From Campylobacterota bacterium (GTDB lineage Bacteria; Campylobacterota; Campylobacteria; Campylobacterales; Sulfurovaceae): a DNA stretch of 24,262 nt. The stretch is from contig JAYEOM010000034.1 in NCBI GenBank assembly GCA_034722955.1, positions 27,722 to 51,983 on the forward strand. Reading direction: 5' to 3'. The position numbers and the translations under genes were made by a program. The first letter of the stretch is position 1. Each line of letters opens with the position of its first letter. Under the pieces are notes generated by a model. The model was not told the origin of the DNA. It saw only the letters and a program-made list of their open reading frames with translations, and did no database searches. Of this stretch, positions 9,059 to 17,324 are shown piece after piece.

Positions 9059-10177
9059 ATGAACCCGTTAGAGAAACTACATAACTTTGGACAATCCCCT
9101 TGGATGGATTATATCCGTCGTGATCTATTTGCAAGTGGCGAATTGAAGAGTCTGATCAGTAATGATGGCATATCCGGTGTCACTTCTAACCCATCTATCT
9201 TTGAGAAAGCAATTGCCCAAAGTGATGAGTATCAAGATGCTATCGCAGCTTTTGCAGGACGAGGAGATCTGAATGCCAAAGATATCTTCGAATCTCTAGA
9301 GGTTTCTGATATCCAAAATACAGCTGATGCTTTGAGGTCGGTATATGATGCTACCAGTCGCCGTGATGGTTATGTCAGCATGGAGGTCTCTCCTAGACTT
9401 GGACATGATGTAGAGGGGACTTTGGCAGAAGCTAGACGACTATGGGCGATGGTTGACCGTCCCAATCTTCTGGTCAAAGTACCAGCAACAGATGAGGGAA
9501 TACCTATCATCAAGCAACTGCTTAGTGAAGGTATCAATGTAAATGTGACACTTCTATTTTCTCAGGAGGCATACAAAAATGTTGCCCAAGCTTTTATCAG
9601 CGGATTGGAGGCACGCTTGGAAAACGGTGGAGATATCTCTGGTGTGGCGAGTGTGGCGAGTCTGTTTGTAAGCCGTATCGATACTTTGGTAGATAGGTTG
9701 ATAGATGAAAAATTGGAGAGTATAGAAGATGTGGATCAGGCTGCACTTCTCAAAGGCATCAAGGGCAAAGTTGCCATCGCCAACTCTCGTATCTGTTATC
9801 AGGATTACAAAAATCTATTTAGCGGTGAGAGGTGGCAGGTTTTGGCTGACAAGGGTGCCAATACACAGCGTCTTTTGTGGGCTAGTACCAGTACAAAAGA
9901 CCCAGCTTACAGCGATACGCTCTATGTAGATCAATTGATCGGACCAGATACAGTCAACACGATACCACCAGCAACGATGGATGCATTTCGTGACCATGGC
10001 AATCCGCAAAATTCACTTGAAAATGATATCGAAACAGCTTATAAGATATTTGATATTTTGAAAGATGCTGATATCTCTATGACAAAGGTGACAGATCAGC
10101 TACTAGAAGAGGGGCTTGAGCAGTTTGTCGTAGCCTTTGACAACCTGCTCAATGTTGTTGATAAAGCACGCAGTTGA
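9059..10177 (+). CDS. tal: Transaldolase (long type, similar to the Tal domain of Tal-Pgi fusions)
   Basis: GQSPWMD, GVTSNPSIFEKA, VSMEVSP, catalytic-Lys motif VKVPAT, NVTLLFS, QRLLWASTSTKDP; AGGAGG RBS. Confidence 0.93.
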   Translation: MNPLEKLHNFGQSPWMDYIRRDLFASGELKSLISNDGISGVTSNPSIFEKAIAQSDEYQDAIAAFAGRGDLNAKDIFESLEVSDIQNTADALRSVYDATSRRDGYVSMEVSPRLGHDVEGTLAEARRLWAMVDRPNLLVKVPATDEGIPIIKQLLSEGINVNVTLLFSQEAYKNVAQAFISGLEARLENGGDISGVASVASLFVSRIDTLVDRLIDEKLESIEDVDQAALLKGIKGKVAIANSRICYQDYKNLFSGERWQVLADKGANTQRLLWASTSTKDPAYSDTLYVDQLIGPDTVNTIPPATMDAFRDHGNPQNSLENDIETAYKIFDILKDADISMTKVTDQLLEEGLEQFVVAFDNLLNVVDKARS

Positions 10178-10885
10178 TCATCCTAGCGAAGGCTCTGCTG
10201 CTCTGTCCATCAAGATATTGACAGGTGCCGGATTGCCGATCTTGGCGATAGGCAGTGGCTCGCCATCTTGCCAAGCCTCTATGGCATCCTGCTTTCCTGC
10301 TCCGGTAGCCAGTATGAGAATCTCCCGTGCATCACTCAATGCACGGATACCCATGGTGACGCGGTCTGATGGTGGCTTTGGTGAGTTGTAGACTGGGCAA
10401 ACCAACTGATCTACCGGATGCTTATGACTGGGAAAGAGACTAGCAGTATGACCATCCTCGCCGATACCTAGAACCACTACATCGAAAGGTATCGCAGCCT
10501 TGACGATGGATTTATACTCTTTGGCAGCGATCTTAGCTCCCTTTTCGCTAGGTATAGGGTATATGTTGGCAGCAGGGATCTCAACAGAGTTGAGCAGAGC
10601 ATTGCCGGCCATGACACTATTGCGATCGGGATCACCCAAAGGCAGACAGCGCTCATCACCAAAGTAGATCTCCCAGCAGGACCAGTCGGTATCTGCCCCG
10701 ACCAGCAGACGATAGGTAGCTTCTGGAGTCCGCCCACCTGCGAGTACGAGACGGAAAACACCACGATCCTCGATGGATTTGGTGGCGTGCTTGAGGATAC
10801 GCTCTGCCGCCTCTTTGGCTACTGCATCCGCATCATCATATACATACCAGTATCTCTGGATATCTTTAGTTGGTTGCTTGTTCAT
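10178..10885 (-). CDS. pgl: 6-phosphogluconolactonase
   Basis: LAGGRTP, FGDER, LGIGEDGHTASLFP, SPKPPSDRVT and TGAGK motifs. Confidence 0.92.
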   Translation of the reverse strand: MNKQPTKDIQRYWYVYDDADAVAKEAAERILKHATKSIEDRGVFRLVLAGGRTPEATYRLLVGADTDWSCWEIYFGDERCLPLGDPDRNSVMAGNALLNSVEIPAANIYPIPSEKGAKIAAKEYKSIVKAAIPFDVVVLGIGEDGHTASLFPSHKHPVDQLVCPVYNSPKPPSDRVTMGIRALSDAREILILATGAGKQDAIEAWQDGEPLPIAKIGNPAPVNILMDRAAEPSLG

Positions 10886-10919
10886 ACTCTCTTCTTTGAT
10901 CGGATTTTAGAGTTTGAGC

Positions 10920-11231
10920 TTAAGCCCTGACCGGTTCAGCCACTCTATCTTCTTTCTGGCTGCATTTACTCTCTGTATAGAAACTACCGAACGGTATCAG
11001 AGATGCTATGAAAAATATAAATGTCTCTTTTTTACTAAATGGTACATTCTTGGTCGCTTCAAAGAGTTGATAGATAAAAGCTATAAATAGAACACCGTGC
11101 AGCATACCTACTATCTTGGTAGCTACAGGATAACCCATCATATATTTGAGCGGCATAGCGATAAAGAGAAGGATGAGAAACGAATACCCCTCTATTTTGT
11201 TAATGAGACGAAACTTATTTAATTCAGACAT
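10920..11231 (-). CDS. DUF3817 small membrane protein
   Basis: FRLINKIEGYSFLILLFIAMPLKY...GMLHGVLF...ASLIPFG pattern; AGGAG RBS; TGCTATACT extended -10 at 11253-11261 (minus). Confidence 0.8.
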   Translation of the reverse strand: MSELNKFRLINKIEGYSFLILLFIAMPLKYMMGYPVATKIVGMLHGVLFIAFIYQLFEATKNVPFSKKETFIFFIASLIPFGSFYTESKCSQKEDRVAEPVRA

Positions 11232-11329
11232 ATTTACTCCTATTTTTCTCGTAGTATAGCAGAATTTTATCTAAAGCCTCTTAGCAAATCAACTTATCTG
11301 TCAGAGGATGGATGGGAATGAGTAGAATA

Positions 11330-11338
11330 TGCTATAAT
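11330..11338 (+). promoter_or_regulatory. Extended -10 (TGCTATAAT) of the TA operon
   Basis: Perfect TGnTATAAT 24 nt upstream of the antitoxin ATG; AGGAG at 11351-11355. Confidence 0.6.
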
Positions 11339-11362
11339 AGTCTATAAAAAAGGAGCTTTGAG

Positions 11363-11587
11363 ATGCAAGTAACCATAGATGTAAAAGAGAGTGCGTTAGA
11401 GCAAGTGATGTATATACTTAGAAATTTGTCAGATGTAAAAGTACTTCAAGATAGAGAAGAACCGAAAAAACTAGATGCGGAGGATCTCTTTTTTTTGGAA
11501 GCAGAGATAGAGAAAGGGCTTGGGTCAGGAAGAAGTGATAAGAGTCATGCCCAAATCATAGATGAATTAAAACAGAAATATGCATAA
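11363..11587 (+). CDS. Putative antitoxin (ParD-like C-terminus)
   Basis: 74 aa, acidic; LEAEIEKGLGSG resembles ParD C-terminal segments; overlaps the toxin gene by 8 nt. Confidence 0.7.
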   Translation: MQVTIDVKESALEQVMYILRNLSDVKVLQDREEPKKLDAEDLFFLEAEIEKGLGSGRSDKSHAQIIDELKQKYA

Positions 11588-11873
11588 AATAGTCTATTCC
11601 AATGAAGCAGAAGATGATATATCAGATATTATCGACCATATAGCCAAGGAGAGTGAGAGTAATGCATTGGCATATTTAGAAAGGTATGATGAGAGAATGG
11701 CACTACTACAGGCAAATCCTAAAATGGGGACACCCTGTGCCAATAAAAATATAGATAAAGTCTGTAGGGTATTGACATCAGAGAGTCATATAGTGATTTA
11801 TGAAGAGAGTAATGATGAGATTTTTATCATAAGAATCTTTCATCAATCGGTAAATTATCCAATAAAAGTTTGA
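11580..11873 (+). CDS. RelE/ParE-family toxin
   Basis: 97 aa; IVYSNEAEDDISDIIDHI...NPKMG...HIVIYE...IFIIRIFH ParE-type pattern. Confidence 0.85.
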   Translation: MHKIVYSNEAEDDISDIIDHIAKESESNALAYLERYDERMALLQANPKMGTPCANKNIDKVCRVLTSESHIVIYEESNDEIFIIRIFHQSVNYPIKV

Positions 11874-11975
11874 CTGTCACATCTCCTTTTACTCCTACTC
11901 CCTCTCTTTTTGTTGGTAAAGTTTTATCCTCTATGAGGGTTTCTAATCTTTGGATTTTACTCTGTCTTGTTGCAC

Positions 11976-12950
11976 TTATTGCTCCACTTTGGGACATCTC
12001 ACCCAGTGACCCTCTTCTGTCTCTAGCATATCTGGATGGATTGTGTCGCAGGTATGATCTCTATGGGGGCAGCGATTTGCAAAAAAACAGCCTGCAGGCA
12101 GATCTATAGGTGTTTGAACTTCGCCATCTTTCAATAGACTCTCTGTCATAAGTGGTGTGTTTATAGTCGGTACTGTAGATAGCAGCAGCTTGGTATATGG
12201 ATGCTTGGGTGAACTAAAGAGAGTCTCTTTGGAAGTATACTCTATGATTTCACCTAGATACATCACTGCTACAAAATCACTGATATATTTAACGACGCTG
12301 ATATCATGTGTGATAAAGAGCAGTGTCAAGTTGTACCTCTTCTGAAGATCCATCATGAGGTTGAGTATTTGTGCCTGTATGGATAGATCTAGTGCAGAGA
12401 TCGGTTCATCAGCCAAAATGAGTGCGGGTTTGAGGATGATCGCTCTGGCTATCGCGACTCTCTGTTGCTGCCCGCCTGAAAATTCATGAGCGTATCTATC
12501 GAGGTAGCTTGGGTCGATTCCCACTTCATCACATAGGGAGAGTATCGTTTTTAACCGCTCTTTTTGATTCATATTGGTATGGATCTTCAGAGGCTGTTCC
12601 AGAATACTCTTTATCTTTTTTCTAGGATTGAGAGAAGAGTAGGGGTCTTGAAAGATCATCTGTATATCTTTTTGGGTTGATCCTCTATCGCTTGGAGTGG
12701 TTTTTGCGATATCTTTTCCTTGGAATAGTATTGAGCCATCGGTTGCCTGATAGAGTCCCAATATAACCTTGCCGATCGTTGTTTTGCCACAACCACTCTC
12801 TCCAACCAAAGAGAGAGTTTTGCCTTTGAACATATCAAAACTCACTCCATTTAGTGCATGGAGATCCCGTTTACCAAAAGTCCCTGAACTCACTCTAAAT
12901 ATTTTTTTTACGGCATTAACTTCCAGAAGTTTGACTAAATCTTGTGACAA
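11976..12950 (-). CDS. Peptide/nickel ABC transporter ATPase (DppF/OppF type)
   Basis: Walker A GESGCGKT, signature FSGGQQQR, ADEP, HPYT and a C-terminal Cys cluster; TTG start overlapping the upstream ATPase. Confidence 0.93.
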   Translation of the reverse strand: MSQDLVKLLEVNAVKKIFRVSSGTFGKRDLHALNGVSFDMFKGKTLSLVGESGCGKTTIGKVILGLYQATDGSILFQGKDIAKTTPSDRGSTQKDIQMIFQDPYSSLNPRKKIKSILEQPLKIHTNMNQKERLKTILSLCDEVGIDPSYLDRYAHEFSGGQQQRVAIARAIILKPALILADEPISALDLSIQAQILNLMMDLQKRYNLTLLFITHDISVVKYISDFVAVMYLGEIIEYTSKETLFSSPKHPYTKLLLSTVPTINTPLMTESLLKDGEVQTPIDLPAGCFFANRCPHRDHTCDTIHPDMLETEEGHWVRCPKVEQ

Positions 12951-13888
12951 AATATAACCCTTTCACCCAGAACCACTCTCTTGGGATATATATCGCACTC
13001 GCTATCAGCAAATTCACATCGTTCCCTAAAGTAGCATCCTGTGGGGAGATGGAGTAGAGACGGCATAACGCCTGGTATCTGGTGCAGTTTTTTTTGCTTC
13101 TCATCGAGTGTTGGCAAGCATGCGATCAACCCTTTGGTGTATGGGTGTTTTGGATCATATATGATCTCATCTTTACTCCCATACTCCACAATCTTTCCTG
13201 CATACATCACTGCTATCTTGTCGCATATCTGTGAGATAACCGCTATGTCATGGGATATGAAGATCAGAGAAGATCCAAAATCACTGCTAAGTTTTTTCAT
13301 CAGATAGAGGATCTGTGCCTGTATTGTCACATCGAGTGCTGTTGTCGGCTCATCAGCTATCAGCAGCTTCGGGTTATTTAGAAGAGCGATAGCGATAACA
13401 ACTCTCTGCTTCATCCCTCCGGAGAGTTGATGTGGGTAGCTCTCCATTCTCCTCTTGGCTGAGGGCAATCCCACTCGCTTTAGCATCTCTATACTCTGGC
13501 TGTATGCATCCTCTCTGGAGAGAGATCTTTGATGATATAGCATCGTCTCTATCAACTGTCTGCCGATAGTGATAACAGGATTGAGTGATGTTTCAGGATC
13601 TTGAAATATCGTGGCTATCTCATCTCCTCTGAGATTTTCAAACTCATCTTCACTCAGCTTTGTCAAATCTCTATCCTTAAAGATAATGCTACCTCCGACA
13701 ATCTGGCCGGGTTGATCGATCAGGTTCAATATAGAAAATCCAGTGACTGATTTGCCTGCCCCAGACTCTCCGACTATCCCAACTATTTCACCCTTCTTAA
13801 GACCAAAACTGATCCCATCGACAGCTTTAACAACTCCCTCTTTTGTAAAAAAGTAGGTTTTTAAATCATTGACTTCTAAAAGTGCCAT
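12935..13888 (-). CDS. Peptide/nickel ABC transporter ATPase (DppD/OppD type)
   Basis: [31 protein letters not shown] and C-terminal GC..RC..C..C. Confidence 0.93.
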   Translation of the reverse strand: MALLEVNDLKTYFFTKEGVVKAVDGISFGLKKGEIVGIVGESGAGKSVTGFSILNLIDQPGQIVGGSIIFKDRDLTKLSEDEFENLRGDEIATIFQDPETSLNPVITIGRQLIETMLYHQRSLSREDAYSQSIEMLKRVGLPSAKRRMESYPHQLSGGMKQRVVIAIALLNNPKLLIADEPTTALDVTIQAQILYLMKKLSSDFGSSLIFISHDIAVISQICDKIAVMYAGKIVEYGSKDEIIYDPKHPYTKGLIACLPTLDEKQKKLHQIPGVMPSLLHLPTGCYFRERCEFADSECDIYPKRVVLGERVIFCHKI

Positions 13889-14739
13889 TATCTCTCCATC
13901 CTTGGATTCATCATATCTCTTATCCTGTCACCCATAAGGTTGATAGAGATGATCAAGAGCATCAAGACGATACCCGGGAAGAGAGAAGTCCACCAAAATC
14001 CGCTAAAGAGCACTTGATATCCATTGGAGATTAGAGTACCTAGGGAGGGCTCTGTGATGGGGACACCCACACCCAGAAAACTCAAGGTAGCCTCCAAAAC
14101 AATAGCATAAGCGATTCTAACTGTAGCTATCACGATAATAGGAGCAGTTGCATTTGGCATGATTTCGCCAAAGATGATAAAGAGATTGTGCATGCCAAGT
14201 GCTTTTGCAGATTGAACATACTCTTTCTCTTTTTCCAAGAGGACAATACCTCGGGCAGTTCTCGCATAATAGACCCAGCTCACAATAGTAATCGCGATGA
14301 TGATCTTGTTGATGCCTGCTCCCCATAGAGCCATGATAATAAGTGCTATCAAGATAGCAGGAAAAGAGAGTTGTATATCTGCGATCCTCATGATGATCGT
14401 ATCGACCCATCCTCCATAATATCCAGATATGAGTCCAGCAGAAAATCCGATAATAACAGAGAGTATCATGCTAGCAAGCCCTACATAGAGTGAAGTTCTC
14501 AGCCCATAAAGTATCGCTGAATATATATCTCTCCCCTGCTCATCTGTCCCTAGGATAAAGGAGTGATTTGGTGGTTGAAAACTATTTTGCAGGTAGATCT
14601 GTGTCAAATCATAAGGGTCTTGATAAGCAAAAATCGATGGAGCTATCGCCACAATAGCAAATAGTGCAAAGATGACGAAGCCAACTTTGGCACTCTTCTC
14701 TTCAAAAAATTCTGATATAGATCTGTTTTTTATCTTCAT
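13888..14739 (-). CDS. Peptide/nickel ABC transporter permease (DppC/OppC type)
   Basis: LGTDEQGRD, EAA-loop EYVQSAKALG, LSFLGVG and NLMGD. Confidence 0.93.
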   Translation of the reverse strand: MKIKNRSISEFFEEKSAKVGFVIFALFAIVAIAPSIFAYQDPYDLTQIYLQNSFQPPNHSFILGTDEQGRDIYSAILYGLRTSLYVGLASMILSVIIGFSAGLISGYYGGWVDTIIMRIADIQLSFPAILIALIIMALWGAGINKIIIAITIVSWVYYARTARGIVLLEKEKEYVQSAKALGMHNLFIIFGEIMPNATAPIIVIATVRIAYAIVLEATLSFLGVGVPITEPSLGTLISNGYQVLFSGFWWTSLFPGIVLMLLIISINLMGDRIRDMMNPRMER

Positions 14740-15689
14740 GAGAGCCTCACCCTTGGGTCGATCATAGTGTAGATGATATCAACTATAAAATTGATGAAGA
14801 CAAATATAGAAGCGATCACCAATAGATAAGCGATCACCACCGGTCTATCCAGATTTTGGATCGAATCAATGATCAGCTTCCCTGTACCTGGCCAAGCAAA
14901 GATAGTCTCTGTGACGATGGTGAAAGCGATGAGTTGACCAAACTGTATGCCGATGACTGTCACCAATGGAATGAGTGTATTCTTGAGTGCATGATCATAG
15001 AAGATCACTCTTTGGGGTAGACCTTTTGCCTTGGCAAACTTGATATAATCCTGTGCCAATACTTCACTCATGCCACTCTTTGTGAGTCTGATGATCAATG
15101 CTAACTGAAAAAGAGAGAGTGTTGTGACAGGCATGATGAGGTGTTTGATGCCATCCCAAGTAAAAGCAGAGGTGAAGAGATAGACTTCTCCTCTGCCTGA
15201 TGAGGGCAAGAGATTGAATGTGACAGAGAATAGAAGTACAAGCAGCATTCCCATCCAAAAAACCGGCATGGAGATACCCGTAAGAGAGAAGATCATAATA
15301 GATCTGCTCTTGATAGAGTTTGGATCGGTAGATGCTATGACTCCTAGTGGAATACCCAATAGTATGGATATCATCATAGATATGATGGCAAGTTCTAGTG
15401 TGGCAGGCAGTCTCTCTAGTACTATATCAAGGGCAGGTTCTCCATAGATAAATGAATTTCCGAGATCTCCATGCGAGAGTTGAACCAAAAAACTTTTGTA
15501 CTGTACGATAAAAGATTGATCTAGTCCCAGAGTATGTCTCATCTGCACAACCTCTTGCTGTGTGGCATCAGGAGGCAGTAGCAGCTGAACGGGATCTCCG
15601 GCTTTGAACATGATGAAAAATGCGATAAAACTGATAGAGAGCATCACCAAAAAGGAGTGAAAAAGTCTACTTGAGATAAATTTAATCAT
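14736..15689 (-). CDS. Peptide/nickel ABC transporter permease (DppB/OppB type)
   Basis: Start moved to MIKFISSR. GDPV, GDLGNS, DYIKFAKAKGL, ETIFAWPG and DPRV motifs. Confidence 0.93.
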   Translation of the reverse strand: MIKFISSRLFHSFLVMLSISFIAFFIMFKAGDPVQLLLPPDATQQEVVQMRHTLGLDQSFIVQYKSFLVQLSHGDLGNSFIYGEPALDIVLERLPATLELAIISMMISILLGIPLGVIASTDPNSIKSRSIMIFSLTGISMPVFWMGMLLVLLFSVTFNLLPSSGRGEVYLFTSAFTWDGIKHLIMPVTTLSLFQLALIIRLTKSGMSEVLAQDYIKFAKAKGLPQRVIFYDHALKNTLIPLVTVIGIQFGQLIAFTIVTETIFAWPGTGKLIIDSIQNLDRPVVIAYLLVIASIFVFINFIVDIIYTMIDPRVRLS

Positions 15690-15696
15690 GGCTCTC

Positions 15697-17235
15697 TCAT
15701 CTCTTTTTAATATCAAATGCCCAGATATGACTATCTACTCTCGGTTCAAAATGAATCTTTTTGTTTGAAGCGTAGAGATCTACCTGAAAATGCAGAGGAA
15801 TGACAGATTGGTTATTCAGCAGGGCGATTTTTTGTGCCTCTTGCAGATATTTCAGACGCTCTTCGGGGTGCATTATATCTGCTGACTTTTCGATCAATGC
15901 ATCGACTTTGGGGTTTGAAAATCTTCCATAGTTATATCTCCCATACCCCTTTATCTCATCAAAAGAGTGAACACAAGAGTCCAGTATCGAGCTTGAATCA
16001 CCATCACCACTCGCCCATCCTACAAGAAAGAAGCTTGTCTCCAACCGACTAATCTCTCCAAAAAATCTCGACTTTGGCATCGCATTGACAGTGACTTTTA
16101 TCCCGATTTTGGCCAAGCAGGATGCAACAGCTTCTGCTATATGCGAATCCTTGACATAGCGATTGTTTGGAGAGTCCAGCCGTATGCTAAACCCGTTAGG
16201 GTAGCCTGCATCGGCGAGTAGTTTTTTAGCTTTTGCCAGGTTGTGTTTTGCTCTTCTCATGTTTGGATCTGATCCAAAAACAGCAGGTGGGCTTAACTGT
16301 GCGGCTGGTTTGGCAAAACCTCTCATGATATATTTGGCAATTGCCTCTTCATCGATACCATAATAGATCGCTCTTCTTACTCGTAGATCTTTAAGCGGAT
16401 TTTTGCCGGTTGGACTCTCTATGTAGGGTGATATGTGACGAAGCTGATCCATCTGTAGATAGATGAGTCTCAGACCCGGTTGCTCAAAAAAGTTTAGAGT
16501 GTTACTATTTTTCACTCTGTGAACATCGGTGACAGGAACCCTGTTGATAATATCAACTTCACCGCTCAGTATCGCCGCGACTCTCGTTGCACTATTGGTC
16601 AGAGGTTTAAGGAGAAGATGATCAAAGTGGGCTTCTCCATGCCAATAGTTTGGGTTTGCTTTCAAGCTAATGTGATCCCCCTTGCTCCAATCAATAAATC
16701 GATAAGGTCCTGTACCTACAGGATGGATAGCAATCCACTCATCTGCTCTACCCTCTAGCGTCTCCCTGTCCACTATGTTAACATAGGTTAATTTTTTTAA
16801 AAATATCGGGTATGGTTTTTTTGTCACGAACTTTACAGTATATTCATCGACCTTGGAGGCAGAGTCGATCATATGCACCTTGCCCTTAAATCCTGACTTG
16901 TCCCAACGCTTAATCCTGTTAAATGAGAAGATAACATCATCGGCGTTAAAAGCACTGCCATTATGAAATTTTATATTTTCTCTTAGCTTCATTATCCACA
17001 CTTTTGGCTCTGGATTACTCCAAGATATTGCAAGATTTGGATAGATTTTTAGATCTTTATCAAAGCTGACTAGAGAGTCAAATATATTGGAGAGGATGGA
17101 GATAGTGGCTACTTCATTGAGTGCATGCGGATCCATAGTGAGAGCACCAGAAGCCAAGCCTATCTTTAGGGTGTGAGCTTGACTTGTGATGGCTAGAGAG
17201 ATAAGTGCTATGAAGCTGATGAGTATCTTTTTCAT
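15697..17235 (-). CDS. Family-5 (DppA/NikA/OppA-like) periplasmic solute-binding protein
   Basis: Signal peptide; MDPH, KFHNG, GTGPY, RVRRAI and AKKLLADAGYPNGF motifs. Confidence 0.93.
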   Translation of the reverse strand: MKKILISFIALISLAITSQAHTLKIGLASGALTMDPHALNEVATISILSNIFDSLVSFDKDLKIYPNLAISWSNPEPKVWIMKLRENIKFHNGSAFNADDVIFSFNRIKRWDKSGFKGKVHMIDSASKVDEYTVKFVTKKPYPIFLKKLTYVNIVDRETLEGRADEWIAIHPVGTGPYRFIDWSKGDHISLKANPNYWHGEAHFDHLLLKPLTNSATRVAAILSGEVDIINRVPVTDVHRVKNSNTLNFFEQPGLRLIYLQMDQLRHISPYIESPTGKNPLKDLRVRRAIYYGIDEEAIAKYIMRGFAKPAAQLSPPAVFGSDPNMRRAKHNLAKAKKLLADAGYPNGFSIRLDSPNNRYVKDSHIAEAVASCLAKIGIKVTVNAMPKSRFFGEISRLETSFFLVGWASGDGDSSSILDSCVHSFDEIKGYGRYNYGRFSNPKVDALIEKSADIMHPEERLKYLQEAQKIALLNNQSVIPLHFQVDLYASNKKIHFEPRVDSHIWAFDIKKR

Positions 17236-17261
17236 AGATCAATATGATTTCCAAAACTCAT
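17232..17261 (-). CDS. Candidate 9-aa uORF MSFGNHIDL coupled to the SBP start
   Basis: AGGAGGAG (17267-17274), 5 nt, ATG (17261). Its TGA overlaps the SBP ATG (ATGA), and the SBP ATG has no SD of its own. Confidence 0.45.
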   Translation of the reverse strand: MSFGNHIDL

Positions 17262-17324
17262 TTTGTCTCCTCCTATAGTACTGTGTAGTATTATACACTA
17301 TTTTACACTTTATTACCCCACCAA

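Noticed and set aside
11870..12109. 79-aa plus-strand ORF after the toxin as a third TA component
   Set aside because: TTG start with no SD, and it overlaps the ABC ATPase antisense by more than 130 nt.
17288..17316. Possible NikR box (TATTA...TATTA)
   Set aside because: The spacer is 17 nt, not the 15 nt of the Helicobacter TRWYA-N15-TRWYA consensus, and the region is very AT-rich.
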